From positions 59,705 to 123,704 of the forward strand of contig JAFXXX010000019.1 in the NCBI GenBank assembly GCA_017542065.1: DNA of 64,000 bases, in the 5' to 3' direction. The notes under the pieces are model-generated. The model did not search any database. It was given only the letters and a program-made list of their open reading frames with translations, and was not told the origin of the DNA. The position numbers and the translations under genes are program-made. The DNA is from Bacilli bacterium (GTDB lineage: Bacteria > Bacillota_I > Bacilli_A > RF39 > UBA660). Below are positions 30,039-39,778 of the stretch, piece by piece (position 1 is the first letter of the stretch; every line of letters starts with the position of its first letter).

Positions 30039-30836
30039 TTATAATCCAGTAACTCCTATTGTTATAGATTCTTTTTCAGATTTATATTTTTCTTTTAATA
30101 AATATAATACTTCTTCAAAATTATCTATCATAGGTTCTTTTTCTTCATTAGGTATATCTCTTCTTCTACCCATTTTTTCTAGGAAGAAATCTTTTAAAGA
30201 TTCAATTATAGCATTAAAATCTTCATTTAATACTTCATCATCAATACTATTAGCTTTATTTTGATGACCAAAGAAAGACTCACATCTTTTCATAAATCTC
30301 TCAAATGAACCTACTCCCATAATATTTTCATAAATACTTTTAATATTATTTCTATTATATAAAGCACATATTACTAAATCATTATTAAAATCAGGATTAT
30401 ATTCATTAGCAAATGCAAGTAATCCTAAATGACCAAGTTCTTCATTAATACCAGATTTATCTTCAGTATGTAAATACTTACGAATATATCTAGCATATAC
30501 AAATGGATAGAATACTTCTAAGAATATATCATCTTTTGATCCAGATGAACTAAACATTATATTAGTCATTAAATCTTCTTTAAAAACATTTAATGCATAT
30601 TCACTTCTTTCACCATAACATCTATAAAAGCAATCGTTACCCTTATGAAATAATGCACCAACATTAGTATCAATATATTCAGTAAGAGATTTTTTTACTT
30701 TTTCATATGGTATAAGTTTAACAAAATTGTCTAATGAAGAAATATCTTCATCACCATAGATAAACTTTCGCATTCCAATCATTTCTTCGATGATAGCTTC
30801 TTTTTCACTTTTTGTTTTATAAACAAAGTAATCCAT
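30039..30836 (-). CDS. hypothetical protein (ORFan), possibly a degenerate zincin-like paralogue
   Basis: 265 aa, translationally coupled to the PFOR stop; has GINEE but no HExxH. Confidence 0.6.
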   Translation of the reverse strand: MDYFVYKTKSEKEAIIEEMIGMRKFIYGDEDISSLDNFVKLIPYEKVKKSLTEYIDTNVGALFHKGNDCFYRCYGERSEYALNVFKEDLMTNIMFSSSGSKDDIFLEVFYPFVYARYIRKYLHTEDKSGINEELGHLGLLAFANEYNPDFNNDLVICALYNRNNIKSIYENIMGVGSFERFMKRCESFFGHQNKANSIDDEVLNEDFNAIIESLKDFFLEKMGRRRDIPNEEKEPMIDNFEEVLYLLKEKYKSEKESITIGVTGL

Positions 30837-33800
30837 TATTCTTCTATCACCTCTTCTTTTAGTTTGTTTTCTAAATCTAAATAGAAGTTAAATCTATCCT
30901 TAGCAGTATTAATATTATCTAGTAATAATCTTTTAGCATTCTTTGGATTAACAGATGCTATCATCTTATATCTAGTTTCATTTTTTAATACTTCTGAATA
31001 TAAACTAAAATCTACATTCTTATAATCTAGTTTAAATTCACCTTTAGATTTATCATATCTAAATATTGGATAATAACCAGATTTAACTATTAGTTTTTCT
31101 TCTTCTAAAGAGTTCTTCATACCACCTTTAATACCATGTAATATACATGGAGCATATGCAATTATTATAGATGGTCCTTTATGTTCATTTGCCTCTTTAA
31201 ATGCCTTTATAGTGCTTTCTAAATTAGCACCTAAACATACTTGAGCAATATAAACATTATCATAGTTCATAAACATTTTAGCTAAATCTTTTTTAGATGT
31301 TTTCTTACCCATAGAAGTAAACTTAGATATTGATGCTTTAGCAGATGATTTAGATGATTGACCACCGGTATTAGAATATATCTCATTATCTAATACCAAG
31401 ATATTAACATCTTTATTAGATGCTATAACATGATCTATACCACCAAAACCAATATCATAACTCCATCCATCTCCTCCGATAATCCATACACTCTTTTGAG
31501 GTATATATTCCTTTAATGGAAGTAATTCAGGAACTTCTTCATAATCTATATTATCTTTTATTATTACACTATTTTTATAATTAAATGGATCTTCTATATA
31601 TCTTCTAAATAATTCTGAATTCTTAGTAGACACTTTATCCATTTTATCTTTCATTATTCTAAGAATTTTCTTTCTGTTTACATCTTCTGCAGATCTAATA
31701 CCAAGTCCAAATTCAGCATTATCTTCGAATAATGAATTAGCCCAAGATACACTAAATGGACTAGTTGGAGAAGATCCTCCATAAATAGATGAACATCCAG
31801 TAGCATTAGCTATAACCATACCTTCTCCTACAACTTGAGTAAGTAGTTTAATATATGGTGCTTCCCCGCATCCTGCACAAGCTCCACTATATTTAAATAA
31901 TGGTTTATTATATGCTACTTGCATAGAAGAAAATTTAGGATAAATATTCTTTTTAGTTACTTTATTTATCTTTTCATTTGATCTATCTACCGCACTATTT
32001 GGCATCATAGCAATTGCTTTATTAGGACATACTGTAGAACATAGCCCACATCCTAAACAAGCATCATAATTAATTTCTAATGCATAATATAAATCTTTAC
32101 CAGGAACTCCTCTATATTTAATATTTGGATGTTCTCTAAGTTCATCTTCTGTAAGTAATTTTGGTTTAATTACTCCATGAGGACAAACAAGTGAACATTT
32201 ATTACATGAAATACATGCTGATGAATCCCAACAAGGTAAATTCTCTGCTATATTTCTTCTTTCAAATCTAGATGTATTAATATCGTATGTTCCATTATCA
32301 TGAATTAAGAATTCTGATACAGGCAAATTATCACCCTTTAAATGAAGAACAGAATTAATAATACCTTCATATTCTTTTTCTTCATATATTTTATCTGAAT
32401 CATCTATAACAATACTATTGATAGATTCAGATGCCATCATAATAGCAGCTATATTACTATTAACTATATCTTCACCTTTATTAGATAAAGATTTTTCTAC
32501 TTGTTTAATCATTACTTCTAAAGCTTTTTCATATGGATATATATTAATAATCTTCATAATAGCAGCTTCCATAATATAACTAATCTTACCAGGTATATTA
32601 TTTAATTTAGCAATCTTAGATGCATCAATAGTAAAGAATCTTACTTTCTTCTTATATATTAATGCTTTTATATTATCATCTATTTCATCAATTGTTTTAG
32701 ATGTATTAAGTATAAATATTCCATTTTCTTTTATATTAGATAACATATCATAATTATCTAAATAACTATCTTTAGAACATACTACTATATGAGGCGTTTC
32801 AATATAATAAGGACTTCTTATTTCATCTTTACCAATTCTAATAAATTCTCTTGTTACTCCTCCACTCTTATGTGAATCATATAAACCATATTCTTGAACA
32901 AATAATGGTGTATTTTCACCTACTAAAGTAACAATATTTTTAGAAGCCATATTCATACCATCAGAACCATATCCATATATAACCATTTCTATATTTGTAT
33001 TTGGAATAGGAGTATTATTCTTAGGTAAACTCTTATTAGAAACATCATCTATTATTCCTAAAACAAAATCATCTTTCATAGAAGCAGATGCCATATTATC
33101 ATAAACAGATAATATATCATTTATATTAGTATTCTTAGAAGATATTCCATATCTTCCTCCTACTACCTCTATATCAAGTTTATTATTTTTAATAATATTA
33201 TTAATATCTAAATACATAGCTTCTCTAGATGTAGTTTCTTTATATCTTTCTAGAACTGTTATTCTAGTACAATTCTTTGGAAGTACATCTAAGAAATATT
33301 TTTCAGAGAAAGGTCTAAATAAATGAACTTCTATTAAACCTAGTTTTTCTTCAGATACTTTAATAGCTTCTTTAATAGTATCACAAACAGATCCCATAGC
33401 TACTATTACTCTTTTAGCATCTTTATCTCCATAATAATTAAATGGTTTATAATCAGTTTTAAACTTCTTATTAACCTCTTTCATTTTCTTATTAACTATA
33501 TCAGGTAACTTCTCATAATATTCATTTCTAACTTCTAAATTTTGAAAATAAATATCTTCATTTTGAGTAGTTCCTTTAATTATCTTAGATGAAAGTAAAG
33601 TTTCGTTTTTAAACCTATTTATTTGGTCCATATCAACGAGTTCTTTAATTTCACTATCATCTAATAGATTCACTTTATTTAGTTCGTGAGAAGTCCTAAA
33701 ACCATCAAAGAAATTAACAAATGGAACTGAACCCTCTAATGTACTTAAATATGAAAGTAATGTCATATATTCAGTATCTTGTACTGAAGAAGAAGCCATA

Positions 33801-34216
33801 ATAGCAAAACCTGTTCCTCTTACAGCATATATATCAGAATGATCTCCAAAAATAGATAATGCATGAGTAGCAACTGTTCTAGATGCTACATTTATTACGC
33901 ATGGAAGTAATTCCCCTGCTATTTTATACATTTCTGGAATCATTAGTAATAAACCTTGTGATGATGTATAAGTACTTGATAGTGATCCAGATAAAAGCGA
34001 TCCATGTATTAAAGCAGCAGCACCCGCTTCACTTTGCATTTCAACTAATTTTACTTTATTATCAAATATATTTAATCTTCCATCTATAGCCCATTTTTCA
34101 ATTAATTCAGGCATTTTAGAAGAAGGAGTTATTGGATATATACCTGCTACTTCTGTAAATAAATAAGATATATAAGCACAAGCATTATTTCCATCAATTA
34201 CTTTATATTGACTCAT
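30836..34216 (-). CDS. nifJ: pyruvate:ferredoxin (flavodoxin) oxidoreductase
   Basis: YPITPS, EMQSEAGA, FFDGFRTSHE, two CxxCxxCxxxCP clusters, GACAGCGE and GGDGW.YDIG motifs. Confidence 0.96.
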   Translation of the reverse strand: MSQYKVIDGNNACAYISYLFTEVAGIYPITPSSKMPELIEKWAIDGRLNIFDNKVKLVEMQSEAGAAALIHGSLLSGSLSSTYTSSQGLLLMIPEMYKIAGELLPCVINVASRTVATHALSIFGDHSDIYAVRGTGFAIMASSSVQDTEYMTLLSYLSTLEGSVPFVNFFDGFRTSHELNKVNLLDDSEIKELVDMDQINRFKNETLLSSKIIKGTTQNEDIYFQNLEVRNEYYEKLPDIVNKKMKEVNKKFKTDYKPFNYYGDKDAKRVIVAMGSVCDTIKEAIKVSEEKLGLIEVHLFRPFSEKYFLDVLPKNCTRITVLERYKETTSREAMYLDINNIIKNNKLDIEVVGGRYGISSKNTNINDILSVYDNMASASMKDDFVLGIIDDVSNKSLPKNNTPIPNTNIEMVIYGYGSDGMNMASKNIVTLVGENTPLFVQEYGLYDSHKSGGVTREFIRIGKDEIRSPYYIETPHIVVCSKDSYLDNYDMLSNIKENGIFILNTSKTIDEIDDNIKALIYKKKVRFFTIDASKIAKLNNIPGKISYIMEAAIMKIINIYPYEKALEVMIKQVEKSLSNKGEDIVNSNIAAIMMASESINSIVIDDSDKIYEEKEYEGIINSVLHLKGDNLPVSEFLIHDNGTYDINTSRFERRNIAENLPCWDSSACISCNKCSLVCPHGVIKPKLLTEDELREHPNIKYRGVPGKDLYYALEINYDACLGCGLCSTVCPNKAIAMMPNSAVDRSNEKINKVTKKNIYPKFSSMQVAYNKPLFKYSGACAGCGEAPYIKLLTQVVGEGMVIANATGCSSIYGGSSPTSPFSVSWANSLFEDNAEFGLGIRSAEDVNRKKILRIMKDKMDKVSTKNSELFRRYIEDPFNYKNSVIIKDNIDYEEVPELLPLKEYIPQKSVWIIGGDGWSYDIGFGGIDHVIASNKDVNILVLDNEIYSNTGGQSSKSSAKASISKFTSMGKKTSKKDLAKMFMNYDNVYIAQVCLGANLESTIKAFKEANEHKGPSIIIAYAPCILHGIKGGMKNSLEEEKLIVKSGYYPIFRYDKSKGEFKLDYKNVDFSLYSEVLKNETRYKMIASVNPKNAKRLLLDNINTAKDRFNFYLDLENKLKEEVIEE

Positions 34217-34273
34217 CACTATCACCTACTATAATTATAACAAAAAAATAACTAGTTTTACTAGTTATTTTAT

Positions 34274-35437
34274 TTAAAACTTTGGCGCAGATCTAATTAT
34301 TTCAAATCTATATTTAATAATAATATTCATTGCATCATCTATATATTCATCAATTTGTTCTTCAGGCATACCTTCAATTCTTTTTACAGTTCTTAAAACT
34401 TCAGGTAATATATTAATTATTTCAGAAAATTTTAAGTTGTCAGTATCTAAACTATCTATATTAATATCTTCAGAATATTCAACTTCTTCATCTGTAGGAT
34501 ACTTTTCTAACGTATCTATAATTTCATTTGGAAAATATTTTTTATATTCTCTTGCAGGTACTAAGAAGAAGTTATATGAAACAGTTCTAGGTAATTCTTT
34601 TATAACTTTAACATCATCATCTAATCTAGAGCCATAATATTTCTTACCATCTTTAGTCTCAGTTAAATACATATCTTGAGAAGAATCCCAAGTTGGATCA
34701 AATATGTATAATCCATTAATATTATATTTTTTATCATTTACTTGAACCAAAGGTCTTACATGATTAAACTCATTATCTTCATCATCTTCTTGTACAGACA
34801 TAATAGCAGACTCAATACCCATTTCTCTAAGTAATTCGCAAAACATATATGTATATCCCGCACATACTATATTACTAGTAGAAAATACTTTAGCTATATT
34901 TCTAGAACTTAATGAATGACTATCTTCCTCATCCCATTGATATTCAAAAAACTTAACATGATCATAAGCAAGAGTTATCTTTTCCAACTCTGACATTCCT
35001 TCAGTAGGATAAGTTTCTAAAAAAGTATTAAAGAATTCTCTCATATCTAAAAATTCATCTACAGAACAAAATCCTGGCATTCCTTTAATTCTAACAAGAA
35101 TACTATCATATTTATTTAAATTTTCTAAACCAGGATAATTCTTATTATCTAGTTCTACTATTATTCTTTTATAATTTGAAGGTTCATTATCTTCTATTTC
35201 TTTTTCAATATCGTTAGTAGTTTTATCATTAGCCTTTATAATAAGACTATCAGACGATATATAGTAAGAAGTTAAATACCAAAAATCATCATCTTTTGCA
35301 GCATCAAATAGTTCTTCAACATCCTCTATACTATCAAAATTTATTCCAGGAGGACGTTTTTCCACAAAAGTTTTATAATCTGGATAATGACTAAATAATT
35401 TTCTTAACTCTTCTAATATTTCATCATTAAGCTTCAT
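34274..35437 (-). CDS. transglutaminase-like (Cys-His-Asp) domain protein, no signal peptide
   Basis: EKITLAYDHVK, IVCAGYT..FCELLREMGI, NHVR and FDPTWDS motifs. Confidence 0.78.
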   Translation of the reverse strand: MKLNDEILEELRKLFSHYPDYKTFVEKRPPGINFDSIEDVEELFDAAKDDDFWYLTSYYISSDSLIIKANDKTTNDIEKEIEDNEPSNYKRIIVELDNKNYPGLENLNKYDSILVRIKGMPGFCSVDEFLDMREFFNTFLETYPTEGMSELEKITLAYDHVKFFEYQWDEEDSHSLSSRNIAKVFSTSNIVCAGYTYMFCELLREMGIESAIMSVQEDDEDNEFNHVRPLVQVNDKKYNINGLYIFDPTWDSSQDMYLTETKDGKKYYGSRLDDDVKVIKELPRTVSYNFFLVPAREYKKYFPNEIIDTLEKYPTDEEVEYSEDINIDSLDTDNLKFSEIINILPEVLRTVKRIEGMPEEQIDEYIDDAMNIIIKYRFEIIRSAPKF

Positions 35438-35516
35438 ATACTTCACCTAATATAATTATATATTATTTTTATTAGTTTTAAAATAAAAAAAAAGAATGTC
35501 AAAGAAAAATGAGCAA

Positions 35517-37337
35517 TTATTTTTGCTCATTTCTTATTCTTGCATCATATTTTTTTCTTTCTTCAGTATTAAGAATCTTCTTTCTTAATCTAAAGTTAAT
35601 TGGTGTAATTTCTACAAGTTCATCACCATTAATATATTCAAGTGCAGCTTCTAAAGATAATTGTTTTGGTCTTTTTAAAACTACAGTATGATCTTTACCT
35701 GCACTTCTTGTATTAGTTAAGTTCTTACCTTTAACAACGTTAACAGCAAGGTCAGCATCTTTATTAGCTTCTCCTACTATCATACCTTCATATACTTCTG
35801 CACCAGGTTCTACAAACATTACACCTCTATCTTCTAATTGACCTAAAGCGTAAGCTGTACAAGCACCATTTTCCATAGAAACAAGAACACCAAGTTTTCT
35901 TTCTCCAACTTGTGCTACTTGTTTTGGTAAATATTCTTTAAATGTATGATTTAAGATACCAAATCCCTTAGTCATTGTCATGAAGTCTGTTGTGAAACCA
36001 ATTAAACCTCTAGATGGAACAGTATAAGTTAACTTAACTACTCCAGGTAAATTAGTCATAGTTTCCATTGTACCACCTCTAAGGCCTAAAGCTTCAATAA
36101 TAGATCCTACAGTATCTTCTGGACATTCAATAGAAACATCTTCATATGGTTCACATTCAACACCATCAATTTCTTTAATAATAACTTCAGGTTTAGATAC
36201 TTCAAGTTCGAAACCTTCTCTTCTCATATTTTCAATTAAAATAGATAAGTGAAGTTCTCCTCTACCTGAAACAATAAAACTTTCTTGATCGTTATCTCTA
36301 ATTTTTAGTGAAACATCAGATTCTGCTTGTTTATATAATCTTTCTCTAATTTTAGTAGCAGTTACAAATTTACCTTCTTTACCTACAAATGGTGATGAAT
36401 TAACACCAAATGTCATTTGTAAAGTTGGTTCATCTATTCTAAGTTTTGGAAGAGCCTCTTCATGACCTTCAGCACATATAGTTTCTCCAACTTCTATGTC
36501 AGCAAGTCCTGCAATAGCAATAACATCACCAGCATGAGCTTCTTCAACTTCTAATCTTTTTAATCCATAATAACTAAATAGTTTTTGAATTCTAAATTTC
36601 TTAATAGAACCATCTAGTCTTACACAAGAAACCATTTCATTTACTTTAACAGATCCTCTATTAATAGTACCAATACCAATTCTTCCTACATAGTCATTAT
36701 AATCTAATAAAGCAGGTTGGAATCTAAATGCACCTTCTTCTACTTTTGGAGCAGGTACTTCATTAACTATTAAATCAAATATTGGATCCATAGTTTTTTC
36801 TTGAGTAGATAAATCTGGACTTAATGAACAAGTTCCATTAATAGCAGATGCATAAACTGTTTTGAAATCTAGTTGTTCATCAGATGCACCTAATTCCATT
36901 AATAATTCTAAAACTTCTTCTACTACTTCGTTAATTCTTGAAGTTGGTTTATCAACTTTATTTACTACTACTATAATTTTTAAATTAGCTTCTAATGCTT
37001 TTTTAAGTACGAATTTTGTTTGAGGCATAACACCTTCATAAGCATCAACAAGTAATATAGCACCATCAACCATGTGCATAATTCTTTCAACTTCTCCACC
37101 AAAATCAGCATGTCCAGGAGTATCTAAGATATTAATTTTATAATCTTTATACTTAACAGAAGTAGGTTTAGCTAAAATAGTAATACCTCTTTCTCTTTCA
37201 ATATCATTAGAATCCATTGCTCTTTCAGCTACTACTTCATTTTCCCTAAATGTATTAGATTCTTTTAATAATCCGTCTACTAAAGTAGTTTTACCATGGT
37301 CTACGTGTGCAATAATTGCTACGTTTCTAATTTCCAT
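35517..37337 (-). CDS. typA: translational GTPase TypA/BipA
   Basis: RNVAIIAHVDHGKTTLVD, DTPGHADFGGEVER and GRGELHLSILIENMRREG motifs. Confidence 0.98.
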   Translation of the reverse strand: MEIRNVAIIAHVDHGKTTLVDGLLKESNTFRENEVVAERAMDSNDIERERGITILAKPTSVKYKDYKINILDTPGHADFGGEVERIMHMVDGAILLVDAYEGVMPQTKFVLKKALEANLKIIVVVNKVDKPTSRINEVVEEVLELLMELGASDEQLDFKTVYASAINGTCSLSPDLSTQEKTMDPIFDLIVNEVPAPKVEEGAFRFQPALLDYNDYVGRIGIGTINRGSVKVNEMVSCVRLDGSIKKFRIQKLFSYYGLKRLEVEEAHAGDVIAIAGLADIEVGETICAEGHEEALPKLRIDEPTLQMTFGVNSSPFVGKEGKFVTATKIRERLYKQAESDVSLKIRDNDQESFIVSGRGELHLSILIENMRREGFELEVSKPEVIIKEIDGVECEPYEDVSIECPEDTVGSIIEALGLRGGTMETMTNLPGVVKLTYTVPSRGLIGFTTDFMTMTKGFGILNHTFKEYLPKQVAQVGERKLGVLVSMENGACTAYALGQLEDRGVMFVEPGAEVYEGMIVGEANKDADLAVNVVKGKNLTNTRSAGKDHTVVLKRPKQLSLEAALEYINGDELVEITPINFRLRKKILNTEERKKYDARIRNEQK

Positions 37338-37418
37338 ATACTCATCCCCTTTTTGGAAAGCCTAAGATATTATAACACTTATTTAAGATTTTGCAAATAA
37401 AAAAAGAAGTAAAACTTC

Positions 37419-37937
37419 TTATTTTTTAAATATATTTATTACTTTTCCAACTCTTTCTGTTATTGCTTTAGAATTCTTAATAGCAATAGTTTTACCAAGT
37501 GCTTTAGTAGTAATAGTTAAAGATGCAATTATTGATGTAACTAGTAACACTAATAATGATGGATTAATCTTTACTTTATCTACTAAAGAAGCTGCTACCA
37601 TCATACCAGCAGAACCACTAACTACTCCGCATACATCACCTACTACGTCATTACAAATAGAGGCTAATTTATCAGAGTTTTTAATAAGTTTAACTGAATG
37701 ACTAGATCCCTTTATTTTCTTTGATGCCATTGAATTAAATGGTGTCTCATCTTGTGCTGTAATAGCTACTCCAATCATATCAAATATCATACTAATAAAT
37801 ATAAATAATACTATTATTAATATACCAAAATATACATTTATTTTAGGTATAACTCCTTCTGATAATAAACTCATTCCCATTGATAATGCAAATGATAAAA
37901 ATAGAACTGTTATTAACCAACCAAATTGTTTTTTCAT
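37419..37937 (-). CDS. oapA: OLE-associated protein A (OapA; CNNM/DUF21-related membrane protein)
   Basis: About 172 aa with 4 hydrophobic helices; FDMIGVA...PFNSMASKK.G and ICNDVVGDVCGVVSG (DxxGD) motifs; OLE RNA about 1 kb upstream on the same strand. Confidence 0.88.
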   Translation of the reverse strand: MKKQFGWLITVLFLSFALSMGMSLLSEGVIPKINVYFGILIIVLFIFISMIFDMIGVAITAQDETPFNSMASKKIKGSSHSVKLIKNSDKLASICNDVVGDVCGVVSGSAGMMVAASLVDKVKINPSLLVLLVTSIIASLTITTKALGKTIAIKNSKAITERVGKVINIFKK

Positions 37938-37982
37938 ATTTCTCACCTAATATAATTATATCATAAAAAAATAAGAATAATA

Positions 37983-38813
37983 TTAATTCTTATTTTTAAG
38001 TGTATATGCATAATCAGCAATACTTATAGGAGCATTATTAGTTAAATTCTCATTACCTATAGGAAATTGATTCTTTTTGTTTGCTTCATTTTCAACATAA
38101 CTTAAGAAAGTCCCACTAAACATATTAAATCCTTTAGGATAATATCTAGATTTCTTTTCTAAACTAGTAAACGAAAAATAGTTTAATCCTAAGTAATCCA
38201 TAATTTTTCTACTATTAGTATAATATGATACATTATGTCCTTCTCTTGGATATTTAGGCATTGAATCAGTATATCCAACTAAATTATTTGTAGTTTTAAA
38301 ATAAAAAATAGGATTAGTATGGTTTACTTTGCCTGTATCAATAGGATAATCTAGATTAGGATCTAATATAGAATAAGCTCCATTAATACCATATTTTCTA
38401 AGACATTTATCTATATTTTCTTCGCCGTTTTTAAGTAAATAATAAAGTAATAAAATAGGATTATTTCTTACTTTATTTCTATCTTCCTCATTATCAATTA
38501 CATCTTCAATTATTCCGGATTTTAACACTCTTTGTTCATCTAGAATACCAGCTAAATAGTATTCTTTTATTTGCATACCATTTTCATCTTCATAATATAC
38601 ATAACTTGGAAAGTTTTTATCTTCATTTGAAACTATTTGACCCATAAAGAAACTTTGTGTTCCTGTAGTTAAATCATCTTTTCTATATTTCATTTCATGG
38701 ATTTCTACAACTCTTACAATTTCTTTTTCAGAGTCTATAACCATTCTTTGAAGAGCATTAATTAGTTTATCACTATCATAATTACCTTCTGCTACTAATA
38801 ATATTTTGTTCAT
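37983..38813 (-). CDS. hypothetical protein (ORFan) inserted between ole and oapA
   Basis: ATG at 38813 follows GAGGTG; own TG.TATAAT promoter and own terminator (about 37965-37997). Confidence 0.75.
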   Translation of the reverse strand: MNKILLVAEGNYDSDKLINALQRMVIDSEKEIVRVVEIHEMKYRKDDLTTGTQSFFMGQIVSNEDKNFPSYVYYEDENGMQIKEYYLAGILDEQRVLKSGIIEDVIDNEEDRNKVRNNPILLLYYLLKNGEENIDKCLRKYGINGAYSILDPNLDYPIDTGKVNHTNPIFYFKTTNNLVGYTDSMPKYPREGHNVSYYTNSRKIMDYLGLNYFSFTSLEKKSRYYPKGFNMFSGTFLSYVENEANKKNQFPIGNENLTNNAPISIADYAYTLKNKN

Positions 38814-38867
38814 AGTACACCTCTTAAACAATTGAAAACTATTATATCATACTAAATATTTAAAAAC

Positions 38868-38900
38868 AAAAAAAATCATCTTTTATAAGATGATTTATTT
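38868..38900 (-). terminator. rho-independent terminator after the OLE RNA
   Basis: 10-bp stem AAATCATCTT/AAGATGATTT with a U-tract on the minus strand. Confidence 0.75.
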
Positions 38901-38910
38901 CATAAAAAAA

Positions 38911-39424
38911 TATGACTGGTACTATCACAATTAACTTTGCGCCATAGGTCAAGTAGAAGTTTCTCATATTTAAACCTTTCGTTACCAAAAGGCGGTTCCC
39001 CTTTACTTAAATATATATACCGTCACCTAAGTATACGACTTGATTACCACTTAGTACGCACTGCAAACTCATGATAGTATACAGCCTAGGAGATTTCCTC
39101 CCTGATATTATTCTATTATTAGTCTTTTTTGCAAATACAGTTTCATATAAGATATAAATACCTAAATACTTTGGCCATTAATATATAGATATTCCTATAA
39201 TTCCCATATATTCACTCAAGATTAGCAATTATTATTTTGTCATGTGTTAAATGGGTAGAGTCTTATATGCCATTATAAGATTCCCATAAAACTACTTTTA
39301 TATAAACACCCAGCTTTGGGCAAGCCAAGCAATCTATACAAAGTGTACTTGTATGCTATTTAACGAATTTTTAGGCTCGTCTTCATAATAGATGTATCAA
39401 CTAGGATACTGCACCCTTCATACG
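38911..39424 (-). ncRNA. ole: OLE RNA (ornate large extremophilic RNA), compact variant of about 510 nt
   Basis: The minus strand carries OLE hallmark segments in order: GUGCAGUAUCCUAGU, UGAAGACGAGCCUAAAAAUUCGUU, AAUGGCAU, CUUGAGUGA, UUUGCAAAA, GAGGAAAUCUCCUAGGCUG, ACUAAGUGGUAAUC, AAAGGGGAACCGCC and CUACUUGACCUAUGGCGCAA. The 5' GUAUGA pairs with the 3' UCAUAU. The region has no ORF and oapA lies downstream. Confidence 0.92.
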
Positions 39425-39430
39425 AGAAAA

Positions 39431-39459
39431 ATTATAGCATATTTACGTAAAATAGTCAA
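39431..39459 (-). promoter_or_regulatory. sigma-A promoter of ole
   Basis: TTGACT, 17-bp spacer ending in TGC, TATAAT on the minus strand. Confidence 0.8.
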
Positions 39460-39496
39460 ATTTTTGGTTGACTTTTGAAATCATCAAAAAACAATA

Positions 39497-39715
39497 CTAT
39501 TTAGTATTGTTCATTGCCTTCATAACTTGATTAACTTGTTTTTGAGAAGGTGTTCTTCCCATTTGAATCATCATAGTTCTAATCATTTGTTCATTTATTG
39601 GTGGATTCTTCTTTAAATATTTTTCCATAAATATTTTAGCAACAAAGAATCCAATTATTAAACCTGGTACTAATCCAATAGCAACCATTAATATATCATG
39701 CCACATATTACTCAT
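39497..39715 (-). CDS. yneF: YneF (UPF0154) small membrane protein
   Basis: [34 protein letters not shown] motif; downstream of tkt as in Bacillus. Confidence 0.93.
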   Translation of the reverse strand: MSNMWHDILMVAIGLVPGLIIGFFVAKIFMEKYLKKNPPINEQMIRTMMIQMGRTPSQKQVNQVMKAMNNTK

Positions 39716-39778
39716 ATTATTTTCCTCCTTAAATACATATATATTATATATTATTTTTATTTAAAATAAAAGAACTTA

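Noticed and set aside
38911-39424. RNase P RNA, tmRNA or a group I/II intron
   Set aside because: GAGGAAA recalls RNase P, but the GAGGAAAGUCC and terminal P4 elements are absent; there are no tRNA-like ends; the OLE motifs plus oapA explain the region.
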